Assembly (NCBI GenBank): GCA_032718475.1
Contig: JAUCBJ010006658.1
Span: 1 to 64,000 of the forward strand
DNA: 64,000 bases
Reading direction: 5' to 3'
Origin: Nemertoderma westbladi
Lineage: Eukaryota; Animalia; Xenacoelomorpha
Below, piece by piece: positions 1-11,490 of the stretch. The translations under genes were made by a program, and so were the position numbers. Numbering within the stretch: position 1 is the stretch's first letter; every line of letters begins with the position of its first letter. The notes under the pieces were generated by a model. The model searched no databases, was not told the DNA's origin, and saw only the letters and a list, made by a program, of their open reading frames with translations.

Positions 1-56
1 CTAGAAGACATCTTAATTTGGCGGGTTAAACTGCCAAAGGTCTGAAAGCGCGAACA
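1..56 (+). mobile_element. U5 end of an LTR of the same BEL/Pao family as 24103-25262 and 51928-53126 (continues left of the window)
   Basis: 1-56 is a near reverse complement of 24103-24158 (TGTTCGCGCTTTCAGACCTTT...) and ends in ...CGCGAACA. Confidence 0.8.
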
Positions 57-475
57 GGAGTACTGTATAATGATATCTTTCTATGGGTAGCATTCCTTCG
101 TTTTCTCCTGAATTTTGTAGCTAGTCGAATCCCCAAACTCACTCCATCCATAAAAATTGCCTTTCCCAGCTGTAACAAAAATGAAAATTATTTAAAAGTA
201 AAAAAATTAAAAGAATCATTTTATGCACTACTGTACTTCAAAAAATTATATATTATTTTATACGATTATACTGTATAATTATTATACTATTACTGAATTA
301 TATACATTATATTATTACTGAATAGCATGTTGGATAAGTCACTTTTACTTCAAGTGATATATTGTTAATAGGCCTATACTTTTATAAACTGTATACACTT
401 GCTCAAATATCAAACTGAATCTTTCTAATGTGATGCTCATTTATACATCATGCATACAATATACATATAATATAT

Positions 476-618
476 ATGCCGCCTCCGCTTTGCAGGATAT
501 TGCTTTCGCCGTGAATACCAGTGAGTCTGTGCACCCCATGACTTTCTTAAGACGCCTCTTAAAGGATATTGGCCTTGGAGATGCTGATAATTATGGGGAT
601 ATTATGGGGATATTTTAA
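476..618 (+). mobile_element. Degenerate RTE-clade LINE 3' fragment
   Basis: CGCCTCCGCTTTGCAGGA..TTGCTTTCGCCGTGA and CCCATGACTTTCTT..AAGGA match the RTE copy at 14615-14790, with an internal deletion. Confidence 0.7.
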
Positions 619-1882
619 GTATTTAATTTACCGCTGTACCATAGGAAGGCTGATCGGTAAATTGGATCAAATTAAAAAATTTATATTCATTCAATCATAT
701 TTTTTAGCATCTTTTTATTACAACAATCTTCGAATTAAATACATACAGTACCGCTCATGTGATAAATTAAAGTTCATATTTTAAGCTAATAACTGTAAAG
801 TTGTGTCATATATTCGATTAGAAATTAAATTATTAACTAATAATAAAATTTTAAATAATCACCTTTAGTGTCTTTGATGGATGGCGGCGTTTATTATTGG
901 TCCCGATACTGTTGAAAAGCATCACAAGATTGACCTCCATCTTCGCAATGTTCACGTATTGAATGTACAGTATGTACCCCATGCCGTACTACAGTATGTG
1001 CCCAATGCCGTTATAAAAATATACAGCAAATAATTGAGACGAAACCAAAATTAATTTAAATTACAGTTATACAATGCCCTATGTTACAGTATATTACACC
1101 GTTGTTCAGTACTACAGTATTGTATACTTTGCTCCTGAGTTCTGTATGAACCAATATACCACTATTTTACATCATACTTGGGCAGTTCCAGTATTGCCTG
1201 TAATTGGATGACTCATCACAGACACTCGTTCCCATAGCGTGGGAAAGTTTTTCGTTCAGGTAATTATTATTTTGAACGGAAAATGCTTAGCATTGAACTG
1301 CTATTGAACTACGGTTATGAAAAACATAGTTTGAACATTTTTTGAACGACAATTTTAAAAATATCTGAACTGAAATTGAACTGGTTAATTTTTATTGGAT
1401 AATAAACATTATTCAAACCTTCACAATAGCTAACGGAAATATAACTTGCCATTTACTAATCGTTACTTTTCAGTATCTGAACTCAAATTGAACTGGTTAA
1501 TGCTTGGGACGCCATTCAAACGTCCAAGAACATTAACGGAAACTTAACTGATACCATTAATGAACGTTACTTTTCAGTTGAAACACCAACACCATTTAGG
1601 CGTTATTATATGGAGACTAATTTAGAACGTTGAAATCTGGTACAGTATGTGCGACGTTTATGGAGTGGACATGTTCTCAACGTCCAAAAGCTGTGTGTGA
1701 ACGTTATGTGCTACCAATGTACCCATGTACCGATGTACCCAATGTGACCGGTACTACTGTACTATGGTACAGCTGTAGGCCGAAATACTGCAAGCTGTCG
1801 CAAACTATCTGACTGTACCGATCCGGTTTAGCCTTACATAACTATAGACCTTTTCTGGTGAATTACACAAACTGTGATAATA

Positions 1883-2923
1883 ATGGCGCCGACAAAGATA
1901 GATACAAATTCACTTAATGCGCGCATGGACCGGCTCGAAAACCTACTAACTAAAGTATCTAATAACCTAGAGAGAATTGACAACCAACTAAACCCGTCTG
2001 ACGGATCTCCTTCCTTAATACAGTCAATTACTCAACTGAAGCAAGACAATTCAACACTTCGAAAAGATAATGGTAATTTGATATCCGAAATTAACATTTT
2101 ATCTGCGAGAATCGATAAATCTGAACTTGCCAACGATTCCCTTGCCCAGTACGTACGACGTAACAACGTGCTATTCCACGGAATCGAGGAGGGAAATAAC
2201 AAATCCGATAGGTTAGCTATTGAAAGGATCGTAGAGTTTTGCGGGGTCGATATTAATGATATCGACGTATCTCACCGATTAGGTCAACCGAAAGCGGGTA
2301 AGCGTCGTCCAATAGTTGTACGGTTCCTACATCATGCTACTCGTTACGCAATCTTCTCCAGGAAATCCGATTTCAAGGACGGGTTCTATTCGACGGACCA
2401 CCTGACACCATTTCGCGCGGAACTCCTTCGAGAAGCAACGAAATTAAAGAAGGAGGGTAGAATATACGCCGCGTACTCGTCCAACGGAAACGTACAGATT
2501 CGCATTGAACGCGATTCTCTACCGAGAAACATCAACTCATTGCACGATATCAAAGATATTACTGCAAATACATCCACTCATAGTGTTACTCAACGACCGA
2601 ATAAGAAGTCTCTTCAAGGAGGTCCTAGTCGAGACAAACGAGTTACCAGGAGTTCATCTCTAGGGGGTGGCGGGCATTCCAACCGGGATGGTAAGAAGGT
2701 GAATAAGAACGCGCTCCCAGGTTCGTACCCGGCGGTTGATCCGACCCATCCATCTGTGGACGTCAAGCTCTCCTCCAATTCGCCATCGATTAATAACCTG
2801 GAAAGTGAAGACATCATTGTCGACGAAATCGACGCCGTTACCACCTTCCAACAACGCCAGAATAGTTCGCCAATTACTCCCTCTTTAAATCCTTATAACT
2901 CTCTGGACTGTGATGGAAATTAA
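1883..2923 (+). CDS. LINE ORF1 protein (coiled coil plus L1/Transposase_22-like RRM-CTD, disordered tail)
   Basis: ATG at 1883. N-terminal heptads, then QYVRRNNVLFHGIEE, HRLGQ..RPIVVRF, DHLTPFRAELL and NGNVQIR, typical of CR1/L2 ORF1. Confidence 0.88.
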   Translation: MAPTKIDTNSLNARMDRLENLLTKVSNNLERIDNQLNPSDGSPSLIQSITQLKQDNSTLRKDNGNLISEINILSARIDKSELANDSLAQYVRRNNVLFHGIEEGNNKSDRLAIERIVEFCGVDINDIDVSHRLGQPKAGKRRPIVVRFLHHATRYAIFSRKSDFKDGFYSTDHLTPFRAELLREATKLKKEGRIYAAYSSNGNVQIRIERDSLPRNINSLHDIKDITANTSTHSVTQRPNKKSLQGGPSRDKRVTRSSSLGGGGHSNRDGKKVNKNALPGSYPAVDPTHPSVDVKLSSNSPSINNLESEDIIVDEIDAVTTFQQRQNSSPITPSLNPYNSLDCDGN

Positions 2924-3163
2924 TACGCATAGGATCCTAGGAAACCCCTAATCTGGTCATCCAGAAAGGCAATTCAAATTATTATTAACTCTTGGAATAA
3001 TTTACAGAATTAATTTAACTGACTTACAATATCACTAGTGGCCCATATATGGTCAGGGCTTAACGGGATGTACTGATTTATTAATATTATATATTATAAC
3101 ATAGTGTATAATATATATCCATTGTATTAAGCGACAGTATGCAGTGTGCAGGCTGTCAGCTGA

Positions 3164-6100
3164 GGCATTATTGCAGGTGGGAAGATTGATACGAACTCTA
3201 ATTGTAGTAATTCATGTGCTCTCTGTTTTTCAGGATTCAAAAATAACGATAATACCATTTTATGCGCGGTGTGTAGAAACAGTTATCACCAGCAGTGTGG
3301 AACTTGCCTGACATATGGAGAAACCGCAGAGCTTGAACAGTCTCAGTTTTTTACGAGTCACTACTGCATTTTTTGTTTACAAGGGATTTTTCCTTTTAGC
3401 GATATTCCGTCTAACGACTATGATATTTTTGGAATTTCCGACGATTTATACTTGCTCAACGAAAATGCTGATAATCCTAGTTTTGCTACTATTGATCCGG
3501 ATAATAACATTCAAAATTTAGCGCGAAATAGCGAATACTATAATGATACTAAATTTAACAGTGAAATCGAGCGTATAGGTTCTCATCATAACTCTTTTTC
3601 TGTATATCACCTAAATTGTAGAAGCCTAAACAATAATCTTTCTTACACTGCTGAATTTTTAAGTACATTAGACGAAGATTTTGATGTTATCACTTTTACT
3701 GAAACATTAGTAGGTGCTAAAGACAATCACTGTAAATTAAAACTTGACAACTATGTAGGACCGCTACTATCAGACAGACCAGAGGGACGTTCCTCAGGTT
3801 CCGGTTGGGGTGTGGGAATTTACATTAAGGATACGCTAACCTTTACGGAACGAGACGACTTGACTGTGTCGGGAATTCATAATAAATGGATCCAAATTAA
3901 AAAATCCAACAATAAGTCCTTAGTGTTAGGTGTAATATACAGACCACCGTCTGTCAATTACAATAATTTTATTAATATTCTAGAACCCGCATTGGCGAAA
4001 GTATCTGATAAAAATATAGATATCGTCCTCACTGGTGACTTCAATGTTAACTTAAACAAAATGACATCAGAAAGTGCACGATACTTACAGATACTTTCAT
4101 CATACGGATTTTCCCAATTAATAAAACAACCCACTCGAATTGCACACGGTGCTAATTCAACGCTTGACCATATTATTACTAATATTACGAATGATTTTAC
4201 TACTGCCGGCGTTTTTTTATCAGAAATTGGCACAACAGACCACCTTGGAACATTTGCGTTATTTCATAATTATTCTGCTTTTTTCAAACAACCCAATACT
4301 AAAATGTGCTATGATTATAGCAAATTTAACTTAAATAGTTTTTTGCTCGACCTTTCATTACCACCTCTCGCAGCTTACCGATCCCATAATATACCGACAG
4401 ATAAAAAATTCGACACTTTTTACAATTCTTTTGATCAATTATGCCAAAAACACTTACCTAAAAAAATAATTACAAAAAGAAAAATTGCACGCAAACCATG
4501 GCTAACTCCTTTGCTAATTAAATCAATTTCTAAAAAAAATAAATTATATGAAAAATATATTAAATCACCGTGTTCTGAAACCCAAAAAGCCTATAAAACA
4601 TATCGTAATAATTTAACGACTGTAATCAGAGCCGCTGAAAAATCATTCTATAATCAAGAATTTTTAAAAAACAAAGGAAATATGCGCAAGACGTGGTCTG
4701 TAATTAACTCTGTATTACACAAAAATAAGAAATCCCTAAGCCCTACCAAAATTGCTTTCAGAACAGAAGTAGGGGCAAAAATAACGTCTGATCCCCATAA
4801 AATAGCATCTATTTTCAACGAACATTTTTCAACTATTGGACCAAAACTTGCCAGTACAATACCCCGATCTAACCGATGCCCTACCCGCCACATTAACCAT
4901 CGACACTCGAATTCATTTACTCTTATTGAAACTTCTGTAGCTGAAATTCACTACCTACTTTTACAAATAAATGAAAACAGCGCTACTAATGACAACTTTC
5001 CCAGTAAATTATTAAAAATTGCTGCTGAACACATTGCACCTCATCTAGCATATTTATTTAACCTATGTATCACAACAGGTCATTATCCAGTTTCTCTTAA
5101 ACAATCTAAAATAATCCCATGTTTTAAGGGGGGTGATCCACTAGATTCTAATAACTATAGGCCAATATCATTATTGCCAGTTTTTACAAAAATTCTAGAA
5201 CAGGTTATATACTCACAGCTTCAATCTTATTTAGATCGTTTCTGTATTTTGACTGCATCACAATTCGGTTTTCGAAAGAGGATTTCTACGGCTTCGGCTA
5301 TTCTAACGGTTACAGAAAAAATTAGATTTCACCTTGACTCAAAAGAATCTATCTGCGCAATTTATCTAGATTTAAAAAAAGCGTTTGATACGCTGAACCA
5401 CTCTACCTTATTTAAAAAATTAGAATCTTACGGAATTCGAGGCACCCCCCAGACTTTACTTAGGAGTTTTCTAACAGACCGTACACAATCAGTATCCTTA
5501 AATGGCGTAATCTCACCCACTCTTCCGGTAACCTGCGGAACGCCCCAGGGTTCAGTCCTTTCACCATTGCTGTTTCTTTTATATGTGAACGACTTACCGG
5601 ACGCATCCAAATTTTTGACAACTTTATTTGCCGACGATACGACGTTACTGGGCTTCAATTCAGACTTAAATTTATTGATTAACAACACAAACACTGAACT
5701 GGAAAAAATTTCGGACTGGCTTATAGACAACTCATTATCACTTAATCTTAGTAAAACAGAATACTCTATTTTTAGTAACAAAAACTGTCTTGGACTACCG
5801 AAAGTTAAAATTAAAGCCAATGAAATTACTAAGGTAAATAGCACTAAGTACTTAGGTATCTTTATCGATGACAATTTGAGCTGGAAAACGCATATAAATT
5901 ACATCCTTAAAAAAATATCTAGATCCTCCGGACTTTTTTATAAATTAAGACACTTTTTCCCAAGCCAAATTTTACGTACGCTGTATTATACATTAATTAA
6001 TCCTTACATCACTTATGGAATTCTTGCTTGGGGTACTGCCTGCAAATCAATAACACGTCCACTAAGAATTAAAGTTAATAAAATCTTGCGTTGCATAACA

Positions 6101-6457
6101 TTTAGTGACTACCGGGCTCACTCTGTGCCACTTTACAAATCACTAAATGTTTTGCCAATCGAATCTATATTTGAATTACAATTAGGCCAGTTAATGTACG
6201 ATATATCAAAATCTTCTAATAATCACCCTCTTTCAAATTTTTTTACTAAATTGTCTGATATTCATTTATATAACACCCGTTCATCTACTTTAGGCAAATT
6301 CGTAGTACCGTTAACCCGTCTCAATGTAGCACACCAAGGATTATCAGTCACTGGGCCAGTATTGTGGAACAGTCTCCCCTCTAGTCTAATTATTAGCAAA
6401 TCTAAATTTTCATTTAAACGTCAATTTAAAACATACCTATTTGAACACATGACGTAA
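3164..6457 (+). CDS. LINE ORF2: PHD finger, apurinic-like endonuclease and reverse transcriptase; start codon unresolved (no AUG before the endonuclease)
   Basis: Frame open from 3164. PHD CALC..CAVC-x4-H-x2-C..CIFC; APE motifs HLNCRSL, TET, GWGVGIYI, IYRPP, GDFN, LDHI, TDH; RT motifs YRPISLL, QFGFR, LDLKKAFD, GTPQGSVLSPLLF, FADDT, KYLGI. Confidence 0.95.
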   Translation, partial: GIIAGGKIDTNSNCSNSCALCFSGFKNNDNTILCAVCRNSYHQQCGTCLTYGETAELEQSQFFTSHYCIFCLQGIFPFSDIPSNDYDIFGISDDLYLLNENADNPSFATIDPDNNIQNLARNSEYYNDTKFNSEIERIGSHHNSFSVYHLNCRSLNNNLSYTAEFLSTLDEDFDVITFTETLVGAKDNHCKLKLDNYVGPLLSDRPEGRSSGSGWGVGIYIKDTLTFTERDDLTVSGIHNKWIQIKKSNNKSLVLGVIYRPPSVNYNNFINILEPALAKVSDKNIDIVLTGDFNVNLNKMTSESARYLQILSSYGFSQLIKQPTRIAHGANSTLDHIITNITNDFTTAGVFLSEIGTTDHLGTFALFHNYSAFFKQPNTKMCYDYSKFNLNSFLLDLSLPPLAAYRSHNIPTDKKFDTFYNSFDQLCQKHLPKKIITKRKIARKPWLTPLLIKSISKKNKLYEKYIKSPCSETQKAYKTYRNNLTTVIRAAEKSFYNQEFLKNKGNMRKTWSVINSVLHKNKKSLSPTKIAFRTEVGAKITSDPHKIASIFNEHFSTIGPKLASTIPRSNRCPTRHINHRHSNSFTLIETSVAEIHYLLLQINENSATNDNFPSKLLKIAAEHIAPHLAYLFNLCITTGHYPVSLKQSKIIPCFKGGDPLDSNNYRPISLLPVFTKILEQVIYSQLQSYLDRFCILTASQFGFRKRISTASAILTVTEKIRFHLDSKESICAIYLDLKKAFDTLNHSTLFKKLESYGIRGTPQTLLRSFLTDRTQSVSLNGVISPTLPVTCGTPQGSVLSPLLFLLYVNDLPDASKFLTTLFADDTTLLGFNSDLNLLINNTNTELEKISDWLIDNSLSLNLSKTEYSIFSNKNCLGLPKVKIKANEITKVNSTKYLGIFIDDNLSWKTHINYILKKISRSSGLFYKLRHFFPSQILRTLYYTLINPYITYGILAWGTACKSITRPLRIKVNKILRCITFSDYRAHSVPLYKSLNVLPIESIFELQLGQLMYDISKSSNNHPLSNFFTKLSDIHLYNTRSSTLGKFVVPLTRLNVAHQGLSVTGPVLWNSLPSSLIISKSKFSFKRQFKTYLFEHMT

Positions 6458-6701
6458 CGTCATAATAATACATTACACAATATCTCCCTATATGTCTGGC
6501 TCTATCTTATTATATTTCCTTCTCACATACACTGCGACTGGACTGTTTCTTCACTACAGTGTATTGTAAAATGGTTAATTAAATTATTATATTTCCTTGT
6601 GATCCTGATCAACAATTATTAAAGGTTTATAACAGTTCTTATTTTATCTTTTTTCAAATATATAATACTTAGTTACATATACAGTACATTTACCCTTGGT
6701 C

Positions 6702-6739
6702 GGTTGGCAGCCTCGACTAGCCTGGCTATTGCTGCAACC
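6702..6739 (+). other. LINE 3' UTR stem-loop (putative RT recognition signal)
   Basis: GGTTGGCAGC..CTCGAC-TAGCC-T-GGCTA..GCTGCAACC is self-complementary and lies ~110 nt before the tail, as in CR1/L2-group 3' ends. Confidence 0.65.
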
Positions 6740-7399
6740 CTTACCAACCCACCGCCTCGCACACTGCATACACATTTTCTTTTTATTCCATTACAACTAA
6801 ACTGTGCTTTGGTGATGGTTCTAATTATAACATTTTCCTATAAATAACAATAAATAAATAACAATACTAGGGGCAGCCTATATGTAGAAATATGACAGCC
6901 GGTAAAGTGAAACATTTTCTGTAGACAGACTCGGTTGCAACACATTCAGGCGGTCAGACACGCTGAGATTCACGACTTCTGAACTTTGGTAGGCAATAGG
7001 CATGGCCATGGAATACGCATGTAGTCAGTATGACACTCGGTAAAGTGAAACATTTTAGCTGTGTGCCGATCCCCATTCGAAATGCAGTGCATATATTTAG
7101 GCCCTATTAGGTATGGTGGTACCGTCAGACTGCAGACCGTCTAAGGGTTTATAGTGTATGCTACAGGTACAGTAGGTACCATTTCACAGTAGGTGCGATT
7201 TCTAGAATAGATATACAATTAAATTTACCTACTGTACGAGCTGGCGAGACATATTTTTATTTTCATTTTATTTACCGGTACCGGTTAAATATACGGTATC
7301 GACCGTGGTATCTACACTGAAGCAAAATTTAACACAGAAATAAAAGAACTAAGAAACTCCTCCCTCAAAATTTTCCATCAAAATTGTTGCAGCTTGCCA

Positions 7400-8898
7400 A
7401 AAAATCTACCCTATATAACAGACTTTCTTTTAACCCTGAATCAAAATTTTGATATTTTAACCTTTACAGAAACATTTTTATGTGAAGACGACCTACTTAG
7501 TAAAATAGAAATTCCGCGCTATAAATTACCTTTTTTTAGATAACCGATCATCTGGGGTTCTGAAACGCGGTGGGGCGGCAATATTTGTCAAAGATAGCCT
7601 TGAGGCTACTGAGCGTCCTGACTTGAAAATAAGCAGCCTTGAAAACTCTTGGGTACAAATTAAGAGACACCAAGTTCTAAACCACTAATTGTAGGTACAA
7701 TATCTACCGTCCTGAATCTACCACTGCTGCTGATTTTCTATCTCTTCTAGAATCTAATCTATCCCTACTAGCTTCTCGCAACTATGACGTAATTATTACT
7801 GGTAACGTAAACATTAATCTGCTAAAGAATGGACCAATCCGTAATTCATATATCGATCTGATTAACTCATACGGTTTTCTTCAACTAATCAATCACCCCA
7901 CTCATGTTTTTCACAGTGAACTTCCCAACTAAACATTACATTCGGAAACCCTAATTGACCACATTCTCACTGATATAACAACTTCTACCAGCACTGCCGG
8001 ACCCTTTAACTGCAAAATTGGAACTTCTGACCATCGGCCAACCTTCGCTATCTTCCAAAAAATTTCATGCCTCTTTAAATGTAACAAAAATATTACGACA
8101 TACGATTACTCAAAATTTTCGAAACATGGTTTTTTGAAAGACATCCAATCAGAACAATCATGGTCCTACAAGTCTCCTACTGTACGCAACTGCGAAAAGT
8201 TTGATACATTTTACAATAACCTTGAAAACATATGTTCCAAACATCTCACCAAAAAAACCATAACACCTTATAAAGAATTATCAAAACCATGGATGACTCA
8301 TCACTTACTCGATTGCACTATAACAAAAAATAAACTATATCACGCCAATATAAAAAATCCGACGTCAACACATTTCACCACATATAAAAATTATAGGAAC
8401 ACCCTCACAAGCATCCTACGCAATGCGGTAAAAAAACTATTACGCCCATCAATTTGAATTGAATTCAGGTAACACGAAAAAAACATGGCTCATTATAAAC
8501 TCCGCGCTCCATAGGTCTAAAAATTTAAAAACACCGACAAAGCTAACAACATGTTCCAACAATACCACGGTAACGTAACTGACCCTCATAAGATTGCAGA
8601 CACCCTCAACTCCCACTTTACCTCCGTAGGTCCTATTCTAGCTAATGAAGTACCTAAATCTTCCCGCTCACCTCTACGCTATATAAACTACACTCGCTCA
8701 AATTCTTTTACGTTAATAGAAACCACACCTGTAGAAGTCGAATACAACTTACTACACCTAGATCCAAAATCTTCTTCCAACGACAACATCCCCGTCAAAT
8801 TACTACTCTCAGTCGCTAAACCCTTATCACTACACCTCAGTTATCTAATTAATATTTCTATCAAACAAGGTTTTTCCCTAATGCACTTAATGTCGTAG
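7400..8898 (+). pseudogene. Degraded CR1/L2-group ORF2 fragment (endonuclease and linker), a relative of 3164-6457
   Basis: Frameshifted pieces FDILTFTET, GGAAIFVKD, YRP, TGNVNINL, IDHILT, SDH, KFDTFY, KPW, DPHKIA..HFTSVGP, SNSFTLIET, colinear with ORF2. Confidence 0.85.
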
Positions 8899-9544
8899 CC
8901 TTATACTATAAGTAATAGAACCCGCATCAGCCAACACTTTGGTATGCATGGCTCGCCCCTTTTATTGAACTGTCAGACTGTATGTTAGTACAGTACACCA
9001 CGGCCTATAAGAAGCCGTGGCCCCATACCAGTATACAGTAGGCCTATGATATATATATGTTTACTTGCTTATATTATATCAGTTGGGTATTCTCAGCGAG
9101 ATTTCGCTGCTTTGTGAAACCAAATCTCGCTGCCTATTTCCTCACAATTGCAGCCAAATCGGGTTGCCTTTGAGATCTCCGAACATCAAAGGATGCCCGA
9201 CTTGCTACTTGAGATCTGCTAGACATACCTGCTGGGATATGAGTGACATCTTTCTGAGTCTCAATTGCCTAACTACAAACTTCCCCAAGCCGTAGGTATC
9301 ACGTACCTAATAGCAACAGACTCAGACTCCCAAATGGCCACTGGGCTTTAGTCAGATTGATGAATAGGATGGCCGCATCTACCTACAGTAGGTCCAGAGG
9401 TCTATACCAGTATAGAGCTGTGATGTAACTCCTACATGTCTTACTACCAGCGAGGCTTTGTATTCACTTTCACAGGTTTCGTATATCAGTATAATCCTAT
9501 TATATCGCTTAACAATCATGCATTAATATGCTAATATGCAGTAT

Positions 9545-9864
9545 GCACTACTACTAGGATCGGCATGCTGCATTGCAGCTGCATTTTTAAGAATGCTGTG
9601 CCGGCTTGTCAACAAAATTGCACCGCCACAACTCCCTATCACCCATGACATTTGCTAGATCATCCGCATCTTTAAGGCCAGTGTCCTTTAAGATGCGTCT
9701 CAAGAAAGTCATGGGCTGTCCACCATGCTTATTCACTCCATGAGGCTGCCAAAGTACAAGATTATGCACTGGCTGGTCCTCACGGCGAAAGCAATGTCCT
9801 GCAAAGCGGAGGCGATTTTGTTCTAGTGTCAAGCTTGGGGGAACCAATGAGACACCTCCAATGC
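9545..9864 (-). mobile_element. 5'-truncated RTE-clade LINE 3' end with (TAG)n tail
   Basis: Encodes RLRFAGHCFRREDQPVHNLVLWQP; near-identical inverted copy of 14567-14885. Confidence 0.9.
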
Positions 9865-10949
9865 AGTATGCACACTTCAGCACTTACAGTAGAGAATCAG
9901 AAATTGAATACATATCTGTATAAGTAAGTGAATAAGCGTGTATGTATAGATGTACTGACTTCAGTTAGGGAGCACTACCCAGAATGGGGGTGGACGGACA
10001 CCCTGAAAGGGGGTGGACAACTGTCGTCAACTGAGCAATTTTTGACTTGAATTTGTATGTAAAATTACAAAAATCAAGTACGAAAGTTTCGTGTTCGGTA
10101 CGTTATATTGAAATTTATATCATTAGATAGAGCATATCGAAATACATATTTTGTATGTACAAAAATAAATTTCTATGTATAGAAAAAGTTTTATTAGCAA
10201 ATGAAGATGATCCACCCCGTTTCGCAGTGGACAGTCACTTTTTTAACAGCACACAAAAGCCAAGCGGCACTGCCTTTCAACTAGTCTGGAGAAGTGTGTA
10301 GTGGAGATAGAGATGCCTGATAATTGACAGATGCAGTTCTGGCAGAGAGCTCTCTTTATATTTAGGCTATTGAGGTATTGAGCTGTTTAATGGATTGGTT
10401 GTTGGAGACAATTAAATTGAACCAGTACACTGTTGCATTACATTACATAAAATACTGCTGCTACTACCAAGACCCACTCTACTACTAATAACACAAAACA
10501 CCTCACCATGCAGCCATGCCCATGACTAAGAACCAAAGAGACTAAAAGATGGGACTGCAATTAAAGAGTTTATTGATTGCTATTAACTGATTAAGTTAAG
10601 GAATATTTATGCTACAATTTCCAGGAAATGGAATACGGTATAGCCTACATTATTTATTTTGATAAATGATTATATATGCAGATAGGCCTATGTGACATAT
10701 TGTTACTTAAATTATTTATTTATTTTAATAAAATTGAATGGAAGAATGGGGGGTGGGGGATGATCAAGGGGAGGGGGGGGGGGGGGGGGGGGGAGACTCG
10801 ACGCAATCAAAATTAAATCATCTCCAGGGGAAAATCGATGCAAATGACAGCTTATTACGCAATTGCACAAATGACGCAATTCCTTGGCGAATTTGAATAT
10901 TGTCTCCGCGAATTAACAATGTTAATTATTTTGTTCGACATTAAATAAT

Positions 10950-11490
10950 CAGGGGGGACAATAAATTGGGGGACAATTGTCCCCCAATTGCCAATGACAC
11001 TTACCCACAAATGATAAGATATTGTGGGGGGTAATTGCCCAGGGGGCAATTGTCCTCAGGGGGTAATGGTCCTCGGGGGCAATTGTCCAGGGGGCAATTG
11101 TCCGGGGGGCAATTGTCCTCAGGGCAATTATCCCTGGGGAACAATTGTCCTCCCTCACAGCCTCAGGGTGCAATTGTCTGCGGGGGCAATTTTCTGGGGG
11201 GCAATTGTAGGGGGAAATTGTCCACAGGGCTGCAGGGGGCAATCGTCCTCAAGGGATATTGCCCAGGGGGCAATTGTTCGGTGAGCAATGGTCCAAGGGG
11301 CAATTATCCAATTGGCAATTGTCCAAGGGGCAATTATCCAATTGGCAATTGTCCAAGGGGCAATTATCCAATTGGCAATTGTTCAAGGGGCAATTGTCCT
11401 CAGGGTTGCAGGGGGCAATCGTCCTCAGGGGCAATTGTTCTCAGGGCAAATATCCCCGGGGAGCAATTGTCCTCAGGGGGCAATTGTCTG
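10950..11490. repeat. GC-rich minisatellite of ~15-nt units (GGGGCAATTGTCC) with a 30-nt higher-order unit
   Basis: Dozens of GGGGCAATTG motifs; CAATTATCCAATTGGCAATTGTCCAAGGGG x3. The ORFs over it are repeat artefacts. Confidence 0.9.

Larger units (their letters stand above)
1830..6865 (+). mobile_element. Apparently full-length CR1/L2-group non-LTR retrotransposon (ORF1, ORF2, 3' stem-loop, AATAAAT tail); 5' boundary approximate
   Basis: Two long uninterrupted ORFs, a 3' UTR hairpin at 6702-6739 and a tail AATAAATAAATAAC at ~6849-6862. No TSD identified. Confidence 0.9.

Noticed and set aside
10767-10793. Long G/C homopolymers (also ~11777, 20032, 22229, 28587, 35918, 51515)
   Set aside because: Common in these repeats and length-unreliable in assemblies; no specific evidence for G-quadruplex function.
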